A DNA stretch of 13,981 bases. Origin: a virus. The stretch's first letter is position 1. Each line of letters starts with the position of its first letter. Both the position numbers and the translations under genes were made by a program. The notes beneath the pieces were generated by a model. The model saw only the letters and a program-made list of their open reading frames with translations, ran no database searches and was not told the origin of the DNA. The stretch lies in the IMG/VR virus record IMGVR_UViG_3300021400_000840; one strand, written 5' to 3'. Of the stretch, positions 7,039 to 13,702 are shown one piece after another.

Positions 7039-7248
7039 CTATTTTTTAATTGGTTTTATCTTGGCTAAATCAACTAATTTACTACCATCCATATCAGATG
7101 GACAAGCTTTAATAATTGCTTTCGGAATTAAATTTTCTTTAAAATAGAAAAATGTATTTAATACTTCTTCTTTAGTAGATGAAGTACTCTTTTTGGATTC
7201 AATATATATTCTAGTAAGTTCTAATGCTAACTCATTCATATAATCCAT
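7039..7248 (-). CDS. Hypothetical protein
   Basis: 69-aa ORF overlapping the next gene. Confidence 0.5.
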   Translation of the reverse strand: MDYMNELALELTRIYIESKKSTSSTKEEVLNTFFYFKENLIPKAIIKACPSDMDGSKLVDLAKIKPIKK

Positions 7249-7444
7249 CCTCTTTTTCTTTAACTCTTTTAGATGTGATTTCTATAACATTTTTTAATAT
7301 TACATAATCTTTTTTAAATCCAAGACTACTAAATTCTTCTTCTATTTGATTTGGTATAAAATTAACAATTACTTCCTCATCGTTCTCTATTTTTTTTAAT
7401 TCTTTTATTATTCTTTCAATTGTATCTTTGTTATTGTTTACCAT
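7232..7444 (-). CDS. Hypothetical protein
   Basis: 70-aa ORF, collinear. Confidence 0.5.
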   Translation of the reverse strand: MVNNNKDTIERIIKELKKIENDEEVIVNFIPNQIEEEFSSLGFKKDYVILKNVIEITSKRVKEKEDGLYE

Positions 7445-7447
7445 ATA

Positions 7448-7828
7448 TTAATTATTAATCCTTTCTAAATTGACATACTTTTGTTTTATAATTTTAATTA
7501 ATTCATTAAATACTAAATCATATGAATATCTATACAACCATTCAATTTCAGCATTTATAATCATTTCATTTTCTAATCTTATTCCAATGCCTATATATCC
7601 AAACCTAAGATTATAAATTGTACTATTCAAATCTATTTTTTCGTTATTAACGACTCTATCTGCTTTAAATGTCTTTCTTAAATAGTCCAATATTAAATTT
7701 CTTTTTTCATTTAATTTTTCTAAATCTTCATAGTATTTTGTATTTAATTCATCTCTTAATTCGTTATGATTATGATGTCCACATACTGCTGCAAGACTTC
7801 CTGCTATTGCACCTATTGGCATTGCCAT
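7448..7828 (-). CDS. Hypothetical protein with hydrophobic N-terminus
   Basis: MAMPIGAIAGSLAAVCGHHNHNELRDELNTKYY...; internal Met after GGGTGGTGAATAAT is the likelier start (track start 7849). Confidence 0.5.
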   Translation of the reverse strand: MAMPIGAIAGSLAAVCGHHNHNELRDELNTKYYEDLEKLNEKRNLILDYLRKTFKADRVVNNEKIDLNSTIYNLRFGYIGIGIRLENEMIINAEIEWLYRYSYDLVFNELIKIIKQKYVNLERINN

Positions 7829-7829
7829 A

Positions 7830-8030
7830 TTATTCACCCACCATTTCAATTAATGTTTCGTATTCTTCTATTGTCATATGTGTTTTCATACAATATTTTT
7901 TTATTGATTGAATAAGAAAATGTTGTCTATTAACTTCTTTATCAAATTTGATTAATAGTTCCTCAACTTTTTGATTTTCTTCCTCTTCCTTTTTTAGTTT
8001 TTGTTTTAGATTCAGTAGTTCTTGTTCCAT
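7830..8030 (-). CDS. Hypothetical coiled-coil protein
   Basis: MEQELLNLKQKLKKEEEENQKVEELLIKF, heptad-like. Confidence 0.5.
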   Translation of the reverse strand: MEQELLNLKQKLKKEEEENQKVEELLIKFDKEVNRQHFLIQSIKKYCMKTHMTIEEYETLIEMVGE

Positions 8031-8301
8031 CTTTACCTCCTTTTTTTAATTCTCTAATATTCTTTTTTAATTTCGTTATTTCTTGTTGTAAGTCTAAATT
8101 ATTTTCAGTTATTTCTCTTATTCGTTGTTCATATAAATCTCTTTGCATAAGTTTTGTTTTCTTTTCAGTATTATATTGAAGTATTTTTTCTTCTAGTTCA
8201 TCACACTTAACATCATATTTAACTTTTAAAGTGTTATATTTTTTTCTAGTTTTTAGATGTTCATATATTTGATTAATCATATTCATTCTCCTCATCATCA
8301 T
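7963..8301 (-). CDS. Hypothetical coiled-coil protein with basic C-terminal tail
   Basis: Long coiled coil ending KTKTKKGRGRKSKS; overlaps both neighbouring genes. Confidence 0.55.
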   Translation of the reverse strand: MMMRRMNMINQIYEHLKTRKKYNTLKVKYDVKCDELEEKILQYNTEKKTKLMQRDLYEQRIREITENNLDLQQEITKLKKNIRELKKGGKDGTRTTESKTKTKKGRGRKSKS

Positions 8302-9082
8302 TTAACCAATCGTAATCGAATATCTCTTCTATTTCTTTTTTCTCTTTATCCGATAATTCTCTATGTTTAGGTAGTTCATTATCTTTAATTTCTTGTAGTG
8401 TTTTATATCCTGCAGTTTTCCAATTTCTTAATATTCCATTAACATAGTTAAATGTTCTTTTATTATTTAAAGTTGATATTTGAATTGCATATTTAATAAT
8501 TTCTTCATCATACGACAACAACCAGTCATCTATCTTTTCAATTTCTATAGAACTTAGAGTTCTGCCAAAATTATTTTCTATGTACTCATACATAGTTGTA
8601 GTTTTAGATATAACTCTATCTTTATCTCTATCTTTATCTTTTAACTCTAGTTCTAGTTCTATCTTTGGTGGACACTTGTCCACCTCTTGTCCTCTTAGTA
8701 ATCTTTGTTGTTGTTTTTTGAAAGCTCCTAAACTTTTAGAACCTATTAAATTTTCTAACTGTGTAAGATAAATTTCTCCATTATCTAATATCTTTATTAA
8801 TCCTATTTTTTTAAGTAATTCCATAGCAATAGTCACTGTATCAAAATCCATCTTTGTCATTTCTGAAAGTTTTTTATTATCGTATGGAATTAACATATTT
8901 CCTACATTTCTAATAAGGATTCCATTAGTTTTCAAACTTTTTAAACATAACTTTAAGTAAAAATAAGCATAATCTCTACCATTTGGTTTTTGGCTTTCTA
9001 ACCAATCAATGGCATCATCATCAAAGAAATCTTCTTTTAGTAATAGCCAATAAAACTTTGTGTCTTTATCGTATTTAGCCAT
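8273..9082 (-). CDS. Phage replisome organizer / DnaD-like replication initiation protein
   Basis: N-terminus KFYWLLLKEDFFDDDAIDWLESQKPNGRDYAYFYLKLCLKSLKTNG (phage_rep_org_N type) and C-terminus MYEYIENNFGRTLSSIEIEKIDDWLLSYDEEIIKYAIQISTLNNKRTFNYVNGILRNWK (DnaD/DnaB_2-like). Confidence 0.92.
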   Translation of the reverse strand: MAKYDKDTKFYWLLLKEDFFDDDAIDWLESQKPNGRDYAYFYLKLCLKSLKTNGILIRNVGNMLIPYDNKKLSEMTKMDFDTVTIAMELLKKIGLIKILDNGEIYLTQLENLIGSKSLGAFKKQQQRLLRGQEVDKCPPKIELELELKDKDRDKDRVISKTTTMYEYIENNFGRTLSSIEIEKIDDWLLSYDEEIIKYAIQISTLNNKRTFNYVNGILRNWKTAGYKTLQEIKDNELPKHRELSDKEKKEIEEIFDYDWLNDDEENEYD

Positions 9083-9193
9083 TTATTTTTTCCTTAATTC
9101 TTTTATCATTGTTTTTATCATTATTAGTAATATAAATATTCCTAATGTGATAATAATTAACAATGCAAATATTTCTAATACTTTTAAAATCAT
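9083..9193 (-). CDS. 36-aa single-pass membrane microprotein (MILKVLEIFALLIIITLGIFILLIMIKTMIKELRKK)
   Basis: Strong RBS (GAGGAGGGTGAGGAATG), ATGA overlap with the upstream HTH gene and TAAATG junction with the downstream replisome organizer. Below the ORF-track cutoff. Confidence 0.65.
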   Translation of the reverse strand: MILKVLEIFALLIIITLGIFILLIMIKTMIKELRKK

Positions 9194-9435
9194 TCCTCAC
9201 CCTCCTCAATATCTTTGATTAAATGATAAATAGCATAATTGCTTATATGACCATATCTATTTTTACCTTGTGTCATTTCAGTTTCTATTCCAAATCCCTT
9301 TTCTCGTAATATAAAAATTATTCCTGATAATCTAGTAGCACCATATTTTCTTATAGCCTCATTTGATGTAATTGATTTGTATTTCCTTAAATGTGCAATA
9401 ATATCAGTTATCTGACTTCTTTTAGTCATTTTCAT
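9190..9435 (-). CDS. Small helix-turn-helix protein
   Basis: ITDIIAHLRKYKSITSNEAIRKYGATRLSGIIFILREKGFGIETEM, a phage HTH pattern. Start set at the internal Met MKMTKRS (track start 9510) to limit overlap with 9422..9652. Confidence 0.7.
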   Translation of the reverse strand: MKMTKRSQITDIIAHLRKYKSITSNEAIRKYGATRLSGIIFILREKGFGIETEMTQGKNRYGHISNYAIYHLIKDIEEGEE

Positions 9436-9652
9436 CACCCATATTACATGTATAGAACTTATCACCATCTTTTGTATGATAGGCTTTGATTCCATATCCT
9501 TTTTCTGCACATTCTTTTGATACTTTTTCTATGTGTCTTTCCATATCGTTATTTAAAATTGTTATTAATCCTAGTATTACAAATGTTAATAATAATATTG
9601 CTAATGAGTATTTAACCCATGGTTTTAATCTTCTTTTAGTCATTATTTTCAA
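9422..9652 (-). CDS. Small membrane protein
   Basis: YSLAILLLTFVILGLITIL TM segment; overlaps both neighbours. Confidence 0.6.
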   Translation of the reverse strand: MKIMTKRRLKPWVKYSLAILLLTFVILGLITILNNDMERHIEKVSKECAEKGYGIKAYHTKDGDKFYTCNMGDEND

Positions 9653-9827
9653 CCTCCTTTATTCCGATATATTGATAAAATATTTCAGGATAGATTATAT
9701 AGTTCCATCTCTTATTTACCTTAACTGCAGAGCCAAATGGCAATCTTCCTGTTTGTAGACCAACTCGTATAAATTGGGTTGACTTATGCATCAACTTAGA
9801 TGCCTCTTTAATAGTTATTTTTTTCAT
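9636..9827 (-). CDS. Small DNA-binding / excisionase-like protein
   Basis: TIKEASKLMHKSTQFIRVGLQTGRLPFGSAVKVNKRWNYIIYPEIF; winged-HTH/xis-like pattern in an early phage position. Confidence 0.65.
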   Translation of the reverse strand: MKKITIKEASKLMHKSTQFIRVGLQTGRLPFGSAVKVNKRWNYIIYPEIFYQYIGIKEVENND

Positions 9828-9882
9828 AAAAAATCCATAATTCCTTTCTTATATTTTGTATTCTTAGTTTGCTAGACTAATT
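9825..9882 (-). repeat. Left arm of an imperfect inverted repeat flanking cro-cI
   Basis: Minus strand: AATTAGTCTAGCAAACTAAGAATACAAAATATAAGAAAGGAATTATGGATTTTTTATG, compared by eye with the plus strand at 11024-11085. Confidence 0.88.
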
Positions 9883-10128
9883 TTTATTAGTTTGGTTTTT
9901 CCCAACTTTTTTTGTAAAAAAATATTTGCAAATATCTTGTGGTTCAATATCAAGAACATCTTTATTCATTGCTGTTAGTATTTCATCCTGATTAAATGGT
10001 ACTTTATTAGAAAGTTTATTATAAAGTGCAGTATCTGAAATTTGTAGTTTTTCTGCAAGTACTTTACCACTTCCTAATTTTTCAGTTATCCTACCTTTTA
10101 ACTTTGAATAATCATATTCTCTATTCAC
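9877..10128 (-). CDS. Cro-like / DUF739-type DNA-binding protein
   Basis: LKGRITEKLGSGKVLAEKLQISDTALYNKLSNKVPFNQDEI; GTG start with RBS GAGGTGATACA; divergent from cI. Confidence 0.78.
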   Translation of the reverse strand: MNREYDYSKLKGRITEKLGSGKVLAEKLQISDTALYNKLSNKVPFNQDEILTAMNKDVLDIEPQDICKYFFTKKVGKNQTNKN

Positions 10129-10147
10129 TGTATCACCTCTTTTCTCT

Positions 10148-10164
10148 GTTGGGATTTTCCCAAC
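10148..10164. promoter_or_regulatory. Candidate repressor operator: GTTGGGA-TTT-TCCCAAC
   Basis: Perfect 7-bp inverted repeat upstream of the cro-like GTG, close to where a TTGACA-17-TAAATT promoter on the minus strand would start transcription. Confidence 0.5.
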
Positions 10165-10174
10165 TCTTGATTAT

Positions 10175-10203
10175 AATTTACCATTTATATTTTTCATTGT
10201 CAA
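10175..10203 (-). promoter_or_regulatory. Candidate early promoter
   Basis: Minus strand TTGACA (10203-10198), 17-bp spacer, TAAATT (10180-10175). Confidence 0.45.
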
Positions 10204-10253
10204 TACAAAAAGTTTCTTTTTTCCAATTTTTTTTATTTTTGTGTCAAGAATTG

Positions 10254-10281
10254 TTGTGTTTTTCTTAACTTTTGATATAAT
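10254..10281 (+). promoter_or_regulatory. Candidate cI promoter
   Basis: TTGTGT (10254-10259), 16-bp spacer, TATAAT (10276-10281), then GAAAGGGG RBS before ATG at 10305. Confidence 0.4.
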
Positions 10282-10304
10282 ATTAATAGAAAGGGGAATC
10301 AAAT

Positions 10305-10979
10305 ATGTTAGAAGATACTTTTGCTAATAGATTAAAACATATTATGAATCTAAAAGGCATTAAAGCAGTTGAACTTTCTCAAAAAACAAATATTGCTAAA
10401 TCTCAAATAAGCCACTGGCTAAATGGAACATATAAAGCTAAACAAGATAGTCTTACTACCTTAGCAGATTTTTTTGATGTAAATGAGGCATGGTTAATGG
10501 GATTTGATGTTCCTATGAATCGTGATGGAGATACTACTAAACAAGATGATAATATTATTTATGAATTTATTAATAAGCCAAAGGTTCAAATACCTATTTT
10601 AGGAAAAGTACCTGCTGGTGTACCAATCGAGGCAATTGAAGATATTTTAGGATATACTGATATTGATTATGATTTAGTGAAATATGGTGAAAGATATTTT
10701 GCTTTAAGAATACAAGGTGATTCAATGTATCCTGATTATTTACCAAATGATATTATCATAGTTAAACAACAACAAGATTGTAATTCAGGTGATGACTGTG
10801 TTGTTTTAGTAAATGGCTATGATGCTACTTTCAAAAAGATTATTAAAGAATCAGATGGTATAAAATTAAAACCGATTAACAATGATTATGAAACAAAGAA
10901 ATATACAAGTAATGAAATCATAGATAAGCCTGTTATTATTGTTGGTGTTTGTACTGAAATAAGAAGAAAAAAGAAATAA
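10305..10979 (+). CDS. CI-like repressor, HTH_3 plus LexA/S24 peptidase
   Basis: LSQKTNIAKSQISHWLNGTYKAKQDSL HTH; VPAGVP cleavage region; LRIQGDSMYPDYLPND (Ser) and ATFKKI (Lys). Confidence 0.94.
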   Translation: MLEDTFANRLKHIMNLKGIKAVELSQKTNIAKSQISHWLNGTYKAKQDSLTTLADFFDVNEAWLMGFDVPMNRDGDTTKQDDNIIYEFINKPKVQIPILGKVPAGVPIEAIEDILGYTDIDYDLVKYGERYFALRIQGDSMYPDYLPNDIIIVKQQQDCNSGDDCVVLVNGYDATFKKIIKESDGIKLKPINNDYETKKYTSNEIIDKPVIIVGVCTEIRRKKK

Positions 10980-10987
10980 AAAAAAGA

Positions 10988-11007
10988 CTTACTGTTGGAG
11001 CAGTAAG
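10988..11007 (-). terminator. Hairpin with a T-tract on the minus strand
   Basis: CTTACTG-TTGGAG-CAGTAAG; minus strand reads ...CAGTAAGTCTTTTTTTT. There is no T-tract on the plus side. Confidence 0.4.
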
Positions 11008-11023
11008 CCAAATGAAAAATCAC

Positions 11024-11085
11024 AATTAGTCTAGCAAACTAAAAAACAAAATATAAGATATAATGTTTATGGATTTTTCTATTTC
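11024..11085 (+). repeat. Right arm of the imperfect inverted repeat, in the integrase upstream region
   Basis: AATTAGTCTAGCAAACTAAAAAACAAAATATAAGATATAATGTTTATGGATTTTTCTATTTC. Identical blocks with the left arm are 19 nt, 12 nt and 12 nt. Confidence 0.88.
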
Positions 11086-11136
11086 ATTATATCAAAAATT
11101 GCTAGAAAATACAATGAAAAAGGAGGTTTTTGATAT

Positions 11137-12180
11137 ATGAAATTACCAAATGGATTTGGTTCAATTGAAAAGTTATCAGGTACTAGAAGAAAACCATTTA
11201 GAGTCAGAAAAACTATAGGATGGGATGATAATGGAAAACAAATAAAAAAGACCTTAGGATATTATGAAACTAGGACTATAGCACTTCAAGAATTAGCATT
11301 ATACAATGAAAATCCTTATGATATAGATGTAAGAACAATAACAGTTGAAAAACTGCATGAAAAATGGCAAGATGAGAAATATCCTAAAATAGCAGTTAAA
11401 ACTAGGCAAGTATATAATATGTGCTGGAATTATTGTCAAGATATTAAAGATGAGCCATTTGTAAGTATTAAAACAAATCATTTACAAGCTATAGTTGATG
11501 GCATGGGAAATAAGTGGAGTGCTAAAAAGGCTTTTAAAATTATGTGGCATCAATTATATGATTATGCTATTAAAAATGATATGAATGTAAGAAAGTATTC
11601 GGAATATATCGATATAGGCAAGAAAACCACAAAATTAGTAAGGATTCCATTTGAAGAGGAAGAAATAGATAAGTTATGGAAAAATATCGATAGAATGGAA
11701 TTTATTGATACAATTTTAATATTAATATATACTGGTATGAGAGTTGGTGAATTATTTGATATAAAACTAGAAAATGTTCATATGCAAGAAAAATATATGA
11801 TTGGTGGTTCTAAAACTGAGGCTGGAAAAGATAGAATAATACCATTTCATAATAGAATTGTACCATTAATACAAAAATATTACGATAAAGCAGTTGAAAA
11901 CAATTGTAAATATCTTATAACCAATTCTTTAGGTAGAAAAATGCAATATTCCAATTATAGAAGAGAAAAATGGGATAAGATGATGGAACAATTAGAATTT
12001 AATAAAGAACATAAGCCACACGATACAAGACATACTTTTTCTACTCGTATGGATAGAACTAAAGCAAATAAATTATGTATAAAAAGAATCATGGGTCATG
12101 CTAGTACAGACATTACTGATAAAGTATATACTCATAAAGATATAGAAGATTTATTAGAGGCAGTTAATATGGTTGATTAG
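11137..12180 (+). CDS. int: Phage tyrosine integrase
   Basis: YTGMRVGELF, HKPHDTRHTFSTRM, IMGHASTDITDKVYTHK; RBS AAAAAGGAGG; phage integrase N-terminus. Confidence 0.95.
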   Translation: MKLPNGFGSIEKLSGTRRKPFRVRKTIGWDDNGKQIKKTLGYYETRTIALQELALYNENPYDIDVRTITVEKLHEKWQDEKYPKIAVKTRQVYNMCWNYCQDIKDEPFVSIKTNHLQAIVDGMGNKWSAKKAFKIMWHQLYDYAIKNDMNVRKYSEYIDIGKKTTKLVRIPFEEEEIDKLWKNIDRMEFIDTILILIYTGMRVGELFDIKLENVHMQEKYMIGGSKTEAGKDRIIPFHNRIVPLIQKYYDKAVENNCKYLITNSLGRKMQYSNYRREKWDKMMEQLEFNKEHKPHDTRHTFSTRMDRTKANKLCIKRIMGHASTDITDKVYTHKDIEDLLEAVNMVD

Positions 12181-12190
12181 CCTCTTTTTT
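12157..12190 (+). terminator. Putative integrase terminator overlapping its stop codon
   Basis: GAGGC (12157-12161)...GCCTC (12180-12184) followed by TTTTTT. Confidence 0.45.
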
Positions 12191-12203
12191 ATATATTTTG
12201 ATT

Positions 12204-12400
12204 TGTGGTCTACCTGTGGTCTACTTGTGGGCTACATACCAGTTTTTATGAGGTTTAAGCAGTATCTTAAACATAAGAAAAACCTTGAAAACATTGAGTT
12301 TCCAAGGTTTGAGAAACGAGTTGTTTCTATCTCTTACTTAGTTAGCGTACCTTATTTTTCAAGGCAAAATCACTATTTTGTGGTCTACTTGTGGTCTACT
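12204..12400. other. attP: Putative attP with arm-type direct repeats on both sides
   Basis: 11-bp units: TGTGGTCTACC 12204-12214, TGTGGTCTACT 12215-12225, TGTGGGCTACA 12226-12236, TGTGGTCTACT 12379-12389, TGTGGTCTACT 12390-12400. Located just 3' of int. Confidence 0.6.
12280..12310. repeat. Inverted repeat between the arm-type repeat clusters
   Basis: AAACCTTGAAAAC-ATTGA-GTTTCCAAGGTTT; 13-bp arms with one mismatch. Confidence 0.75.
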
Positions 12401-12465
12401 AGATAAATCTATTCAATATTTTATTAAGAAAAGAAATAGCCTCTTTTTTATTGCATAAAAAAAGA

Positions 12466-12485
12466 AGTCAGATTTTACTCTGACT
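12466..12485 (-). terminator. Terminator of the lysis operon
   Basis: AGTCAGA-TTTTAC-TCTGACT; minus strand hairpin followed by TCTTTTTTT. Confidence 0.7.
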
Positions 12486-13452
12486 ATCTTACTCTTAGTT
12501 TTTGCCCTGCATATATCAAATTTGGATTAGCAATATTATTCCATGCTACTAATTGATTAACTGTTGTACCATATCTATTTGCTATTTTAGTCAAATTATC
12601 GCCTCGTTGTACTGTATAGTATTCAGCTCCACTTGATTTACCAGTTCCTAATTTTTGATTAACAATTGACTGAACTGCATCATAATTATAACCAGCTTGT
12701 GATAATCTATTTCTTCTATCATCACCATTTCCCCACTTACCAGCAATTACTTCATTAGCAAGTTCTTCATTTGATTTTTTACTTGGTTGTTGTTGTGGTG
12801 CAGGACTAGGTGTTCCTTTTCCATAACCATTGAATCCACCATTTTTAATTATGCTAGGAAAATCTACATAACAATAATCTTGGTCACAAGTCATACCTGC
12901 TATTTTATTAGTTCTTTGATAATTAGTTTCTCCACCAAATTGCCACATAGGAAAATTACTTACTTCTGCACTAGACCATTGTGCTAACCAACATGTAAAT
13001 CTTTTAGAAAGTGATGAACCATTACAATAATTATTATACCAGTTTCTATTCATATAGAATCCAGCATAATAACCAGCCTTTTCAAGTGTAGTTAATGCAC
13101 TTGTTATAATAGCATCTACTTTTGATTTGCCTAGATTTTGTAAAAGGTTATCTTCTATATCTATGTATATAGGATATTCAAATTGTTTTCCTTTTAATAC
13201 ATTATCAATTAATATTTGTGCCTCTTCACGAGCTTGTGCCTCATTTACTGCTCTAGTCCACCAATATACACCGACACCCAAGCCATTGGCTTTAGCTCTT
13301 TGATATAGTGTTTCAAATGCAGTATCTTTCTTGTTTCCATAAGCACCACGAATTATAGCAAAATTTACACCCTCTGCTTTTGCTTGAGATAAGTTAATAT
13401 CTCTTTGCCATACTGATATATCTATTCCAAATAATCTCATATTATTCACCAT
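12484..13452 (-). CDS. Endolysin: GH25 lysozyme, Cpl-7-like cell-wall-binding motif and LysM
   Basis: [31 protein letters not shown]...YPIYIDIED (GH25); [42 protein letters not shown] (CW_7); [44 protein letters not shown] (LysM). Confidence 0.96.
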   Translation of the reverse strand: MVNNMRLFGIDISVWQRDINLSQAKAEGVNFAIIRGAYGNKKDTAFETLYQRAKANGLGVGVYWWTRAVNEAQAREEAQILIDNVLKGKQFEYPIYIDIEDNLLQNLGKSKVDAIITSALTTLEKAGYYAGFYMNRNWYNNYCNGSSLSKRFTCWLAQWSSAEVSNFPMWQFGGETNYQRTNKIAGMTCDQDYCYVDFPSIIKNGGFNGYGKGTPSPAPQQQPSKKSNEELANEVIAGKWGNGDDRRNRLSQAGYNYDAVQSIVNQKLGTGKSSGAEYYTVQRGDNLTKIANRYGTTVNQLVAWNNIANPNLIYAGQKLRVR

Positions 13453-13454
13453 CC

Positions 13455-13697
13455 TTATTTTAATTTTTGTAAATTATGTACTATGTCATATGTACCACCA
13501 GCAACAAGTCCACTTAATGCTATTGCAGTACTAAAATCTTTAGTTATAACTAACTCAATTATTGCAACTATTACACCAATTAATAAATTTTGTATTGGTA
13601 TTAAATTATTCTTAATCTTTGGTGATTCCTTTGATACAATACCTAATACTAATGTCACAATAACAGTGATTAAACTAATTAAGTATTCTAATGTCAT
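13455..13697 (-). CDS. Phage holin
   Basis: 80 aa, two hydrophobic segments, between a holin-like gene and the endolysin. Confidence 0.8.
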   Translation of the reverse strand: MTLEYLISLITVIVTLVLGIVSKESPKIKNNLIPIQNLLIGVIVAIIELVITKDFSTAIALSGLVAGGTYDIVHNLQKLK

Positions 13698-13702
13698 TTA
13701 TT

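Noticed and set aside
9190-9510. Track start at 9510 for the HTH gene
   Set aside because: The N-terminal 25 residues overlap the 9422..9652 membrane gene and look non-native; the internal Met at 9435 fits better.
4925-10268. Plus-strand ORFs 4925..5140, 6542..6820, 7669..7911, 8580..8771, 9486..9758 and 10026..10268
   Set aside because: Antisense shadows of the HAD-neighbour, recombinase, DnaD-like, HTH and cro-region genes, with low-complexity translations and no motifs. The 4925..5140 and 6542..6820 frames lie inside minus-strand ORFs.
11299-11481. Minus-strand ORF 11299..11481
   Set aside because: Sits entirely inside the clearly supported plus-strand integrase and has an artefactual composition.
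12204-12400. The regularly spaced repeats as a CRISPR array
   Set aside because: Units are 11 bp and directly abutting, with no spacers. Their position next to int fits integrase arm sites much better, and there are no cas genes.
12173-12406. Plus-strand 77-aa ORF after int
   Set aside because: Covers the arm-type repeats and hairpin; its repeated VVYLWSTCG-type residues come from the 11-bp repeats. No RBS or domain.
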